From assembly GCF_030144855.1 (NCBI RefSeq), contig NC_082722.1:27280001-27344000 (forward strand): a DNA stretch of 64,000 nucleotides, in the 5' to 3' direction. The stretch is from Hypanus sabinus. Its lineage: Eukaryota. A program made the translations under genes and the position numbers. Positions 25,565 to 38,025 of the stretch are shown here, one piece after another; position 1 is the first letter of the stretch; every line of letters starts with the position of its first letter. The notes beneath the pieces were generated by a model, which made no database searches, was not told the origin of the DNA, and saw only the letters and a program-made list of their open reading frames with translations.

Positions 25565-28500
25565 TCGGCAATAAGACTGTAACACCATAAGATATAGGAG
25601 CAGTTTCTGGCCATTTAGACGATGGGGTCTGCCCCACCATTTCTTGCTGAGACCGTCAGACCATGAGACCATACAATACAGGAGCAAAAGTGGACTATTC
25701 GGCCCATCGAGTCTCCTCCGCCTTACAATCTATGCTTCCATCCACCCACCACTCCCCTGCCTTCTCCCCATATCCGATGATGCCCCGGCTAATCCAGAAC
25801 CTCTCTATTACTGCCTTAAGTACACCCGATTACTAAGACTCCACAGCCGCTCGTTGTAACAAATTACACAGATATACCACACTCTGACTACCCTCTAATT
25901 TCTCCGCGTCTCAGTTCTAAATGGACAACCATCAATAGTGAAGTAGTGCCCTCTTGTACTAGATTCACCTAGCAGGAGAAATAACGTCCGTATCTATTCT
26001 GTTCAAACCTTTTAACATTCGGAGTGTTTATATGAGATTTCCCCTCGTTCTCCTGAACTCCAGGGAATACAGCCCAAGACATGTCGGACGTTACTCTTAC
26101 GGTAACCCTTTCATTCCTGAAATCATTTTTGTGAATCTTCTCAGCAGTATCTCCAATGTCAGTATATCCCTTATAAAATAAGGAGCCCCAAACGGCACAC
26201 AATACTTCATATACTCTAACGAGTGCCTTATAGAGCAACAACATCACATCCCAGCTTTTGTATACTATACCTCCAGAAATGAATGACAACATTGCGTGGG
26301 TCTTCTTCACAACCGACACAACCTGGAGTTTAACCTTTCGGGTACCTTGTGCAAGGACTCCCAAGTCCCTTTGCATGTCTGCATTTTGAATTATCTCACT
26401 GTCTAAATACTGGTCCAGCTGTTTAATTCTTCCACCAGAGTGCATGAAAATGCACTTTCCAGCATGGTATTTCATTTGCTCCTTCATTACCCTTTCCCCT
26501 ATACTATCTAAGTCTCTCTGCAGGCTCTCTGTTTCCTCAACACTACCCACTCCTCAACCTATGTTTGTGTCATCGGCAAATGTAGCCACAAATGTATTAA
26601 TGCCATAGTCCATATCATTGACCTGCGGAATAAAAATCAGCAGTCCCAACATGAACCACTGTGGAGCTTCTCTGGTAACCGTCAGCTGGCCAGAATAGGA
26701 GCCCTTAATTCCCACTCTCTTTTTTTATGCCAACCAGCTGCTGCTAATAACTTTCCTGTAATTCCATGGGCTCTTATCTTGCTCAGCAGCCTCATGTGAG
26801 GCACCTTGTCAAAGGCCTCTTGAAAACCAATGTACACCACGTCTACTGCATCTACATTACTTGTAATATCATCAAAGATTTGCAATAGGCTTGTCGGGCA
26901 GGATTTTTCTTTCAGGAAACCATGCTGGCTTTGGCCTATTTTGTCGTGTGCCTCCAGGTACTGCATATTCTCATTACTAACAATCGATTCCTATAGCTTC
27001 CAAACCAGTGATGTCAGGCTAACAGGTCTATAGCTTCCTTTCCACTGTTTGCCACACTTTTTAACTAGTGGAGTAACGTTTACAATTTTCCAGTCATCCG
27101 GTATAATCTATCGATGCTTGAAAGATCATTGTTAATGCCTCTGCAAGCTCTCCAGCTTCTTCAGTCAGAACCTGATGGTGCATTCTGACAGCTCCGGAAG
27201 ATTTATCCACGCTCAGCCCTTTAAACATCCCGAGCACCTCCTCAGTCGTAATTTGCACTGCATAGATTTCAATTCCATGACACTCTTGAATGTCCGGTAT
27301 TCTGCAGCCGTCTTCAACTGTGGGACTTGTGAAAAATACGCATGCAGTTCCTCTACCATCTCTGCCTCTCTCATTACAAAATCTCCAGCGTTATTTTGTA
27401 TTGGTCCTATATCTACCCTCGACTCTCGTTTACCCTTTACATACTTAAAAGAGCTTTTAGTATCTTCTTTGTCATTCGTCACTAGCTCTTTAAATAATAC
27501 ATCTCTTCCTTTCTAATGACCATCTTAGATCCCTTCTGAATTTTTTCAAAAGCTTTCTAATCCTCTATCTTCCCACTCGCTCTGGTGTCCTTGTATGCCC
27601 TCCCTTTCGCCTTTATTTTGGCTCTGGCTTCACTTGACAGCCTCTGTAGTGTCCTTCATCCCCTTGAAATTTATTCTAATTTGGAATATATCTGTCTTGC
27701 GCTTCCCACTTTTTATTTTTTGCAAGAAATCCAGCAATTGTTGTTCTGCTCTCTTTCCTGCAAATGTTCCTTTCCAGTCAACATCGACCAATTCCACTCT
27801 CAAACCATTGTAATTTCCTTTCTTCCACTGAAATACTGAACAAATTGGATTTTATTTTTTCCCTCTCAAATTTCAATACGAACTCGATGATGCTGTGAAT
27901 TCTGTTTCCTAATGGTTCTTTAACATGAAGCTCTCTTATCACCTCCTGATCACTGCACAACACCCTATCCGGCACAGCCTACCTCCTTGTGGGCTCAACA
28001 GCAAGCTGTTCCAAAAAGCCCACCCTCGAGCATTCTGCAAATGCTCTCTCGATTTCCAGTACTGATCTGGCTTTTCCAATAAAATTCCGTAATAAAATCA
28101 CCAACGATTATCATGGCATTGCCTTTCTGACACGCCTTTTCTATCTCCTGCTGTCATTTGGAATCAACATCCCGGCTGCTACTTGGACGGCTGTATACAA
28201 CTGTCATTAGGGTCCATTCACTTTTGCCATTTCTTAACTGAACCCATAGAGCCTCCACACCTTCAATTCCTATGTCATCTCTTTATAATGATTTAATATG
28301 ATTTCTTATGCACAGAGCCACACTACCACTCTGCCTACTAAGCTATCTTTCCGATACACCGTGTAATCTAGGACGTGGGGATCCCAATGGCAGCCATCGT
28401 TTAGCGAAGTTTCAGCGATGGACACAACGTCGTATTTGCCAATCTGTCGCTGGATTTCAATATCGTCCATTTTATTCTTTATTTTGGGTGCATTGATACA

Positions 28501-29640
28501 TAACACTTTCAGTCCAGTATTTATTGTTTTATGGTTGAACTACACCACCCCTGTATTGCACTGTAATTCATGCCAGTGGCTGCGATTCAGCCTCGTTTCC
28601 TGCCTGTTCTTTCTATAAACTATTTGCACTCCAATTTATTTCTGTTCTCCCCTTCTCTACCTTATCACTCCGGTTCTCAACCCCCCTGTCAAATTAGTTT
28701 AAACGCTCCCTAACAGCTCTATTAAATGTGCCCACCGGGATTTTCGACCCGTTGGGTTCAGGTGAAATCCGTCCTTTTTGTACAGGTCGTACCTCCCCGA
28801 GAAGAAGCTCCAATGAACTAGGATTCGGAAACCCTGCCCGCTATCCAGTCTGTCAGCCATACATGAACACGGCTGGTATGTTTGCACTCGCTATCGGTGG
28901 CACAGGCAGCAATACACCATGCAGATGCCTCTATCATTCTGCCAGAACCTCCTGTCTGTTTCCCTCATAATAGAATACCCTTTGATTATTGCATTCCCCA
29001 TCTTCCTCTTTCCCTTCTGTACCACGGAACCAGGCACAGTGCCACAGAACCAGACGCTGTGGTCGCCCTCTGTCAAGTCACCCCCCTCAACTGCTTCAAA
29101 ATCGAGATAACGATTGCTGAGGGAGATGGCCACAGGGGTGCTCTCTACTATCTGAACTCTTCGACCCGCTTTACAGGCCGTCATAGACTTATCTAACCTA
29201 TGTAGACTCGGTGTGACAAGCTCCCTGTAGCTCCTCTCTATCTCCTGTACACTCTCATTAATAAGCTGTACATCATCGAATCGCAGCTTTAGATCCCTAA
29301 CACGGTCTGGCAGGGGCTGCATCTCGGTGCACCTGGCGTAGATGTGTCCTTCCCTGAGAATGGAAGATTCCCGGGATTCTTACATGTGACACTCAGAGCA
29401 AAGTACTAACCCTACCAACATGCGCACTATTCCTTAGAAACTGCAAAGAAAAATCAAAAACGAAATCCACCTACCCACTGACCTCGCTGTAGCCTAAATG
29501 AGCCAAAACCTGTCGCTTCTACGCTCGCCAGTGGCCTACTCCCGATAATGTCAGCTCCGCTTAACCATTCTGTACTTTTATTTGGTTCGTCGAGCTCAGA
29601 AGTCGCTGCTGATAGGCTCCGAACAATGGATTAACTCCCA
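25565..29640 (-). mobile_element. Near full-length decayed CR1 LINE (ORF1 esterase plus ORF2)
   Basis: Minus ORFs from LCINAPKIKNKMD (APE start) to SQHGFLKEKSC, FDKVPH and LYKALVR; ORF1 IKGYSIMR..VYCC at 28891-29322. Confidence 0.9.
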
Positions 29641-29679
29641 CGAAGCTTTTGATTTAAATAACTGAGATTTCTGTACCGT

Positions 29680-31850
29680 CTTTAAGCAATAATTTGTTAC
29701 CGTAACGTTGAAAAGTGGCTAATGGGCTTTCATTTAAAAATGTCCGCAAGTACTGGTGGCAAGCCAAATATCGGTGTTGGGAACGATACAGTAATGAAGT
29801 ACAGAATCTATCAGAAGTTGAAAAGTCGAAGGATATACAAGTGACGGTATTCATGGATTTCTCAAGGAGAATCGTCTCTCTCAAACTTGATTCAGTTGTC
29901 TTGAAGAGGCTACGCAGAAAATTGCTGAGAGAAGGTCAGTAAACTATATCTTAATTGAATTTTGCACGATCCTGTACAACAGTCTAGCATAGAATGCTGG
30001 GTGACACGGGAGCCAGAGTGAGCCAGCCAACTGAACACAAGAACACAAAATTGGTTTACTAGAGGAATCAGACGGTGATAGTGGAAATTTCATACCAAGA
30101 GGAAAGACTTGCAACTAGTGACGTACTGAAAAGGTAGGTCCTGGTTCCAGTATTGTTTGACATCTCTAAAATATTTAGTTGATAGTAGTTTTCAGATGTT
30201 AATAAAATTCAGTATGCAGTGGAATTAGTGATATACCGGACTGTGAAAATTAGCTAAGACGAGGAGCTGGGAAAGTGGGCCAAGCAATTGCAGATAGAGA
30301 TTAACTGTTACATTTGCAAAGTGTTATATTTTGGTCATTTAACCTGGGGCAGGAATTGCGCAACGGATTATCCTGAGTGTTGAAGTAGAACATGGTGACT
30401 GAGAGATACAGGCACGTTGATCGGTAAAATTGTCAACAGAGTTGGATAGGTTGCTAAAGAAGCTGTCTGTCACAATTGAATTAACAGTTCGAAATCCGAA
30501 TCGGGTTTATATCACCGGCATGTGCCGTGATGTTTATGAACTTAGCAGCGGCAGTTCAATGCAATACATAATGCAGATAACGAAAAACTAATAAATGCAA
30601 TAAGTAGATATATTAATCTATTAGAGTATAAGTATATTAGATAGATAAAAAAAGTGCAAAAACAATAATAACAGGTATTTAAAAAGTGTTAGTATTCACG
30701 GGTTCAATGTCCATTTAGGAATCCGATCGCAGAGGGAAAGAAACTGTTCCTGAATTGCTGAGTGTGTACCTTCAGGATTCTGTACGTCCAACTTGATGGA
30801 CACAGTGAGAAAAGAGCATGCCCTGGGTGTTGCAGGTATTTAATTATGGACGCTGATTTTCTGAGACACCGCTCCTTGAAGATGCGCAGAGTACTTTGTA
30901 GGCTTATATCCAAGATGGAGCCGACTAAATTTACGACACTCTGCAGCTACTTTCGGTTCCGCGCAGTATCCCACCACTCCCCCACCCCCATACCAGACAG
31001 TGACGCAGTTTGTCAGAATGTTCTCCACAGAACACTTACAGAAGTTTTTTTGTGTGTATTTGTTGACATACCACATCTCTTCAAACACGTAATGAAGTAT
31101 AGTCGCTGCCTTGCTTTCTTTATAGCTGCATCGATATATTGGGTCTAGGGTAGATCCTCAGAGAGCTTGACACCCAGGATCTTGAAACTTATCACTCCCT
31201 CTGCTTCTGATCCCTCTATGAGGTTTCGTGTTTATTCCTTTGTCTTACCCTTCCTGAAGTTCACAAGCATCTCCTTCGTCTTATTAACGTTGAGTGCAAG
31301 TCATGGCAATGAGTAAAAGATCTGGGACGTCATGTTCAACTGTACAAATCGTTGCTGAAACAGAGTATTGTGCATTCGTTGGTGAAAAGTAAGCTGTGCA
31401 TTTTGATCGCCAACAACAGAAGAGATGAGATGAATCTTGAGATAGTGCAGAAAAGATTGACAAGTCTATTAGCAGAACAGCGTGTTTTTAACTGGAGGAA
31501 GAGACTGGAGCTATTCATCCCTAGAGCACAGGTGGTTGCGATGTGACCATATTTATGTCATATCAGCTAGTGCGTAGGCAGGGGTATGATAAGTATTTTA
31601 CCCAGAATCAGTTAACTGAAAATGAGAATACATAGATTCCAGTCGAGAGAAAAATTATTTAAAAGTGTCCAGGGAACGTTTTTCTACAAAAGAGGTTTCT
31701 TTAAAGTTGAACAGAGTGCCACATGAACGTATAGAACAGGGAACGATTCAAATGTGTAAAGTACATTTAGATTAGTACATAGATAGAATGAGTTTATTGT
31801 GGTGAGATCCAAACGCAGCCAAATGGGACCAACTGGGTTTTAATATTCGA
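29680..31850. mobile_element. Decayed CR1 pieces (+) with a Rex/Babar 3' fragment (-, about 30480-31290)
   Basis: Minus ORFs LTNCVTVWYG and KSASIIKYLQHPGHALFSL are a typical Rex/Babar C-terminus; flanks show CR1 RT-end remnants. Confidence 0.7.
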
Positions 31851-32329
31851 ATAGTTCAATAGTACCAATTTAATAGCAGAGAATGCATATGATATACAAC
31901 CTGAAATTGCTGGCCTTCGCAGACATCCTTGAAAACAGAAGAGTACTCCAAACAATGAATGACGGCAGAAAAGTTAGAATTGGGCTTAGAAATGTTAGAA
32001 AACTTTAGAGAGCCTTGGGGAGCCTTCTGCTCCCACTTCCTTGCACAAGCACCACATTCCCCCACAGATGCTCCTACCCCAGCAAGCAAACAAGAGCAAA
32101 GGCCCCAAGAGACCATGATTTGTAATACAGAAAAAAATAATCGGCCTGCCAACAAATTCAGCATGTCACATCTCCCACTCTCCCGAATTTAAGGGACACA
32201 TAGCGAGAGAGGGGAACAAGAAAGCAAGCAATTCGTTGCGTTAAGGCATTAAAGTCTGCTGCATCGCTCTTTTTCGAGTTCTCCGACTTGATAATCGGCA
32301 GTGATCTCCCCCCCAACAACGAAAGAAAC

Positions 32330-32486
32330 NNNNNNNNNNNNNNNNNNNNNNNNNNNNNNNNNNNNNNNNNNNNNNNNNNNNNNNNNNNNNNNNNNNNNNN
32401 NNNNNNNNNNNNNNNNNNNNNNNNNNNNNNNNNNNNNNNNNNNNNNNNNNNNNNNNNNNNNNNNNNNNNNNNNNNNNNNNNNNNNN
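32330..32486. other. Assembly gap (157 N)
   Basis: Run of N. Confidence 1.
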
Positions 32487-34469
32487 GTTCTCCGAGTAGA
32501 AGGGAATGATGGAAATCATATTCGAGGAGAAAATGAAGTACAGATACTTTATCAGTTTCAAATACACTTTACAAATATTGACAAGATTGTTTTTAATTCA
32601 ACTGATGCTCAATTCAGATTTGTACTGACAAAAAATCATTTAGCTCTTTGAAAGTACTGATAACAAAGAAAAACATTATATTTAGCTGTTGTGGTTAAAG
32701 CTTTGGGAAGCTTCAAATGTAGCCAAAAATTAAAAAGAATTGCCCGTTTAAATCCATTTCGATTTGACATTCCGAGTTTACACTGGAGACTATTAATCTA
32801 ATGTTCTCAAGATTCGGATCAGACTATTGAAGTAGCCCATTAATTATGTAATATTATTCATGTGCATTATTTTCTCACATAAAATCTTTCCCCAGCCATC
32901 GGGATCTTTGACATAGTTAAAAAAGAGTTGTTTTTTTTTTTACAAACATCTTGCAATTACTGCCAATTCCACGATACTTTCGGTTGTAACCTAAAACGTT
33001 CTCGGGAGACTCGAGGGTGAGAAACAAATTTAAAGCCTTAGGTTTATAAACTTTCGTCGGGTTACCGATCAGAAATCTCAGTTCTGTTACTCTCGCCATT
33101 AAAATTCAGGCAGAAGAGTGTTGCCCCGAGAACCCGTTGCGAATATTAGAACAGCGCCCGATTTATATTTCCTTATGTTGAACTTTGATATAAGTGTGCA
33201 AGAATAGATTTTTAATTCGCCGGTTATCCATGTCAAAAAAAAAAAATAATCCTCGCCGATGTTGGCAAACTTCTGGATTTATTTTTTTCATCTTGTAAGG
33301 TCTGTGGCGTCAAAACAGTTGGGAAACGTTTAAGAGGAATTATGCTTTTTTTCTTGGAATCATCAAGTCTATGCAGTGGACCGGAAAGCGAGACTACGAC
33401 TGAGCATATCACGCATTACCACCTTGAATGGCTGGGTAGTAGACAGAGCCGAAATGGATTATGGCTGTTCTATTCTTAATTTTCTTTCTTTGCTTTTGTT
33501 TTATGACAATTGCTTTAATGAATCGGTAAAATGTGGAAGACCAAAATGATCATTTATCTTCCCAATTGTTACATGTGACATGGATCATCAACCTTTGATG
33601 GATGCAAGAAACGAAACGTAGCGATGCTCTGGCCCACACTCATTGATAATATATGGGTATGAACTGCAATTCGATTCTCAGCATCACAGCTTCTTTGATG
33701 TTTTTACATCTACGTTCAACGTATGTTTACTTTAATGTTTGGATGTCTGTGTGCAATTCGAATCAAAATTCTGCAAAGCAGTGTAAGTCAGTTTGTCATC
33801 TCCATTTCCTTTAATTTGTGAAAATAATCCAAAATCAGTGGTTAACGAGTATTTAGTGACTAATTGAATCAGACGATTGCAAAATAAATTAGATATGTCC
33901 TCATAAGTAATTAGTTTTAGTTGCTTACGCTTTATAGACAATTATTTCAACGCTGTTTCAAGATTTCCTTTATTTATTTATATATTAGCTTTTCTTCCCA
34001 CACTTAAAAGGAACTTTAACAAAATAAAATTACGACAGTAGAGAAATTCTTGACGTAGCTGTTATGGTACATAATAGTAGGCAAAATGATAATACAATCG
34101 TATTTTCTGTCATCTGTGACTGATTGCCGCATCCTGGTTCGTTTATGGAGCTCACAGGTTGTTACTCAGCTACACCTGCCAACACAGTTCCAAATGCACA
34201 TGGACATTGTTGTCACTGGACAGCTGATAACTGATAGAATGAACGTTGGCATTTTGTTCAGTCAGGCCCTCTGATTACAGTTTTGTCACAATTCGGTATC
34301 TCCGGTAGTTAAGTTATCCTCGGTTATTATCGGTCAATCGGCTTTATTATGGAGCTGATAATGAGCGTTGGGAAGGATGGCATTCCTAGTTTTATGCTTT
34401 TCGGCGTTTCCTCACATGGAAATTACATGTGAAATTAAATTCCTAAAAACAAGGAAAAAGTCATCTCCA

Positions 34470-34990
34470 GAGATTCTGCAGATGCTGGAAATCTTGAAGA
34501 ATGCAAACAGAATACTGAAGGAACTCATGAGGTAAGGCAACATGCAAGAAGGTAAATAAACTGTCGTTTGTTTCTGAAAGAGACACTTTATCGGGACCGG
34601 AAAAGAGGGAATAGAATCCAGAATATAAAGGTGTGGAAGAGTGCGGGAAAAGTAGCTGATGACGTGAAACCAGGTGAGGGCGAAGGTATGTGGATGAGTG
34701 GGGTGGGAATGACGTAAAAAGCTGGGAGACGTCGGGTGGAAAAGTTAAACGGTGTATGAAGGAGTCGGAGACGGAAGGACAGTGGAACCTCCAAAATGGA
34801 AGAGGCAGGAGCACGTGGGTGGAGCGCAGCCGAATGGGCAGATGACGAGAAGAGAAAAGGTGAAACGGAGAATGGGGGAAAAAAGAGAGAATGGAATGAT
34901 GGGGAAATTCCCAAGTGTTAGAGAAATCCACATTTATGCCTTTAGGTTGGTGTCTCCACGGATGGAAGAAAATATGCTTGTACCAGAACG
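34470..34990 (-). mobile_element. Penelope-like 3' fragment, paralogous to the copy at 12345-12870
   Basis: agattctgcagatgctggaaatcttgaa terminus; the junction with flanking unique DNA is shared with the 12870 junction in inverted orientation. Confidence 0.75.
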
Positions 34991-35112
34991 TTAAGTTATT
35001 TCACTGAAAGGCGATTAGCTATGAATTACTTTAAATATCGTTACAGTGTCAATGGTGTCCTCAAAGTTGTAAAATGAACCTCCTCTTGGAGAATAATTAT
35101 ATATAGAAATAT

Positions 35113-35240
35113 AAACCCTCTGGGGTACTCCGGTTTCCTCCAATGACTTAAAGGTTAGGATGTAAATTGGTCATGTAGATGTGACTGAGCGGCACGGAAT
35201 AGTTGTACCAAAAAGGCCAGTTACCCTGAAATAACTCTAA
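35113..35240 (+). mobile_element. HE1/V-SINE-like fragment
   Basis: ctggggtactccggtttcctcc..aattggtcatgtagatgtgactgagcggcacgg. Confidence 0.55.
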
Positions 35241-36997
35241 TGCAAATCTATATCACATTCACGCTAATCTCTCCGCTTTACCTGGGAATAGATTACGCCG
35301 TCCTCATGTTGTCAATCTTTGCGAAATGGTTTGCTCTCTCTATGGTTCAGTGAAACATTGGCAGTGATGTTCTCAAACGGTGCTTGTTCAGACTGTTAGA
35401 AAAAATATGTATTAAATACAACTAACTGATTGAGAGCTCAGTTACCATAAGCTAAATTAGATTTGCCAAATCTAAACACCGAGGATAAAATATTGTTGGA
35501 ATAACATTTTGTCTGCGGAGAATGATACCGTCTATACATCATACCGGAGGTGGGATCGCCAACGTTTCAGGGTGGAAATCACGATGTTTAGACTTTCAAA
35601 TCACCGCTTATAACAGTCCTAGGAATAGGATGGGGCTCTCAGTTTTGGCCATCTCTGTTTTTTCATCTCCTAAATCCTATCTTTTACATCGCTCTAAATT
35701 CTGTGCATGGGCACAGGTCCATGTTCAATCTTTTACGCATGCGTCAAATTACGGTAATGATTGCCCTGATCAAAATTTGTCCCTGCGATGCAAACTGAAA
35801 CTGTGACCCATACCTCTCGCATTATTTAAGTTGAGATTACTGGAGCAAATGGCAAGTCCCGATGCTATGTTCCGCTTACCTCGAGCCGGAAACAGTGAAG
35901 CGGGATTCTGGGTTGATTTAATTGGGTTTGCTGGTAAATTACTTAAATTACGATCGAAGTAGGGAGAAACAATGGAAGTAGTTTTTACAGTAAGTGATAA
36001 ATATGGTATTTGTTTTGCTGATATAATGACATAGCATTCCAGACTAAAGAAGTAATACTAACAGTTTATCATCTTCGACATAGATATTACTCGAAGCAGT
36101 AGTCCTATATTTCCGGAAGTGTTACGAACACTTGCAGAAGTTTTATCGGAATTCTACCATAATGAAATCAGTGATAGAGGTATGACTACCTTATCTTAGA
36201 TGCTGCAGTAGCTCCATTTGCACCTAAAGTCTTCAGGTGAAATTAAAGCTAAATGCGTTAGAAAGGGGAATGTGATTAATGAAACAAGAAGACAAAGGTT
36301 ATCCTTAGAATGATTGCAGGTTAAAAAAATAACATTGAAATGCTAGAAATATGAAGTAAAACAGAGAAGTAGAACAAGCAAAAATTTTAGTAGTTCAGCA
36401 ACTACCAGTTAAAGGGAAATAGTCAATGTTCACAATGCAATCTGCGGAAGGGTCTTTAATCTGGAATGTCAACTGGTTCTCTTTCCAAAATCGGTCAGTA
36501 GCTGCACATTATTTTCTGATTTGAATCCAAATGGGAGACGACAATACTTTTATCCAATTTAGGCATTGCTTCCCACATTAGGATAATACTCATTCTGCGT
36601 TGCATTGTGGACTAGAAGGTGCCATGCGGAGTTTTGTTTAACACATGGTTATCATTGTTCATCACATACTACAAGGATTAATTGCAAGTATATTCGATTC
36701 CGTTGCAGATTAGGCACCGCTGTGTGGATCTTTGTGGCGAATCGGGGTTAAAACTGCATTTAATACTGCAAAGACCATTTCAACAAAACAAGATTTAGTT
36801 TCATTTTTACCTTGCTTACTGTCCGTTTGATCAAATGTAACAGACATTATGAATTGATTCGTGCACGTACTGTGCTTTCCCATTACCCAGTCAACTGCGA
36901 TTTTCTTACGTCAGCATTTGGTAATTTCTCACAGTCTCAGATGCGTGTTGAATTATTCGTCAAAACAACTGACCTTCCAATGATAAATATTACCTTT

Positions 36998-37035
36998 TCA
37001 CTTCCAATCCAACCGGCTGTGAACGGGTATAGAAC
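36998..37035 (-). CDS. Probable last coding exon of the cytoplasmic tail
   Basis: Acceptor cacctgcttcctgtatcctttcaag; phase 1 gives (G)SIPVHSRLDWK-stop. ATTAAA on the minus strand at 36759-36764 is a possible poly(A) signal. Confidence 0.6.
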
Positions 37036-37228
37036 CTTGAAAGGATACAGGAAGCAGGTGCAACGGGAACATTCAACTAAATTTTTGATACATAGTTGAA
37101 AATAAATATTTGACGGGGAAAATACTTTAATTTTCCTTACTATGCTCCAAAGTGTTAGGGAATAAAATAGATTCATGATATCTTTGCTCTGCAAGCATCC
37201 CGCTCTGAAACAAGACCAAATGCTTTAC

Positions 37229-37276
37229 CTACCGGGTCTTCATTCTGACATCCGTCCAAAGAATTTGTATTACCCC
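37229..37276 (-). CDS. Probable small cytoplasmic exon
   Basis: Acceptor catttccttttgatttcttttctgaag and donor G|gtaaag; 48 nt, phase 1-1, (G)GNTNSLDGCQNEDPV. A second donor (CCG|gtaggt) lies 4 nt upstream. Confidence 0.55.
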   Translation of the reverse strand, partial: GVIQILWTDVRMKTR

Positions 37277-37920
37277 CTTCAGAAAAGAAATCAAAAGGAA
37301 ATGATTTGCTTTGTAAACATTGTACATTATTAAATTGATACCAATCGAATTAATTGTGTAAGTGGAACCGCTGAAGTTAGGGATCTTTCAGAAAGTATTT
37401 GATGTTAACAGTCCGGCTAATATACTGAATTCTGCTTTAACCTGGAGCTATGCTCAAAAGGCTTTCACTTTCAACGAGGCTCTAAAGTGATAATAGCATA
37501 ACAGCGGCGGTACTGTATTTAAGTATGGCAACCAAGATCGAAATTAAAACCAATGAGACGTGCATAATTTGGTCAATGTTCTTTACACATTCAGAGGGAG
37601 TTTAGATCTAAGGCAAGTCCTGGAAGTTTCAAAATGTGGATCAGCTATTGTATTAAAAAAATATACCTGAAGTATTCCAAAGTGGTGAAACAGCATTCGG
37701 AAATGAGATACGAAATACTTCCAGTGGACTGATGAAATAGCTGAATTTTAACATCAAGTGTATATTGTGGCAGAATATTATCACTGAAATCCGGCTTCGA
37801 AAATTGCGATACATGCCCAATCATTCTGTGAATGTCATTTACTGATTTTAAGTTAAATGTCATTAACGCTTCTATTTTGTACGAATAGATGTGATGTTTC
37901 TCAGCGATCAGTGTTCTTAC

Positions 37921-38025
37921 CGTGCGATCTCTTTAACTTGAGTATCAGCAAAAGAATTATCACAATTAAAATTAAAATCGCTGGCGTGCGCACTGCATAT
38001 GCGAGAATCAATCCGGTATCAGCAC
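37921..38025 (-). CDS. Exon: transmembrane segment with intramembrane Arg
   Basis: Not in the ORF track. Acceptor ggtttatttttcaag and donor G|gtaaga; 105 nt, phase 1-1. Translates (G)ADTGLILAYAVRTPAILILIVIILLLILKLKRSH: a hydrophobic run followed by a basic stop-transfer. Confidence 0.88.
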
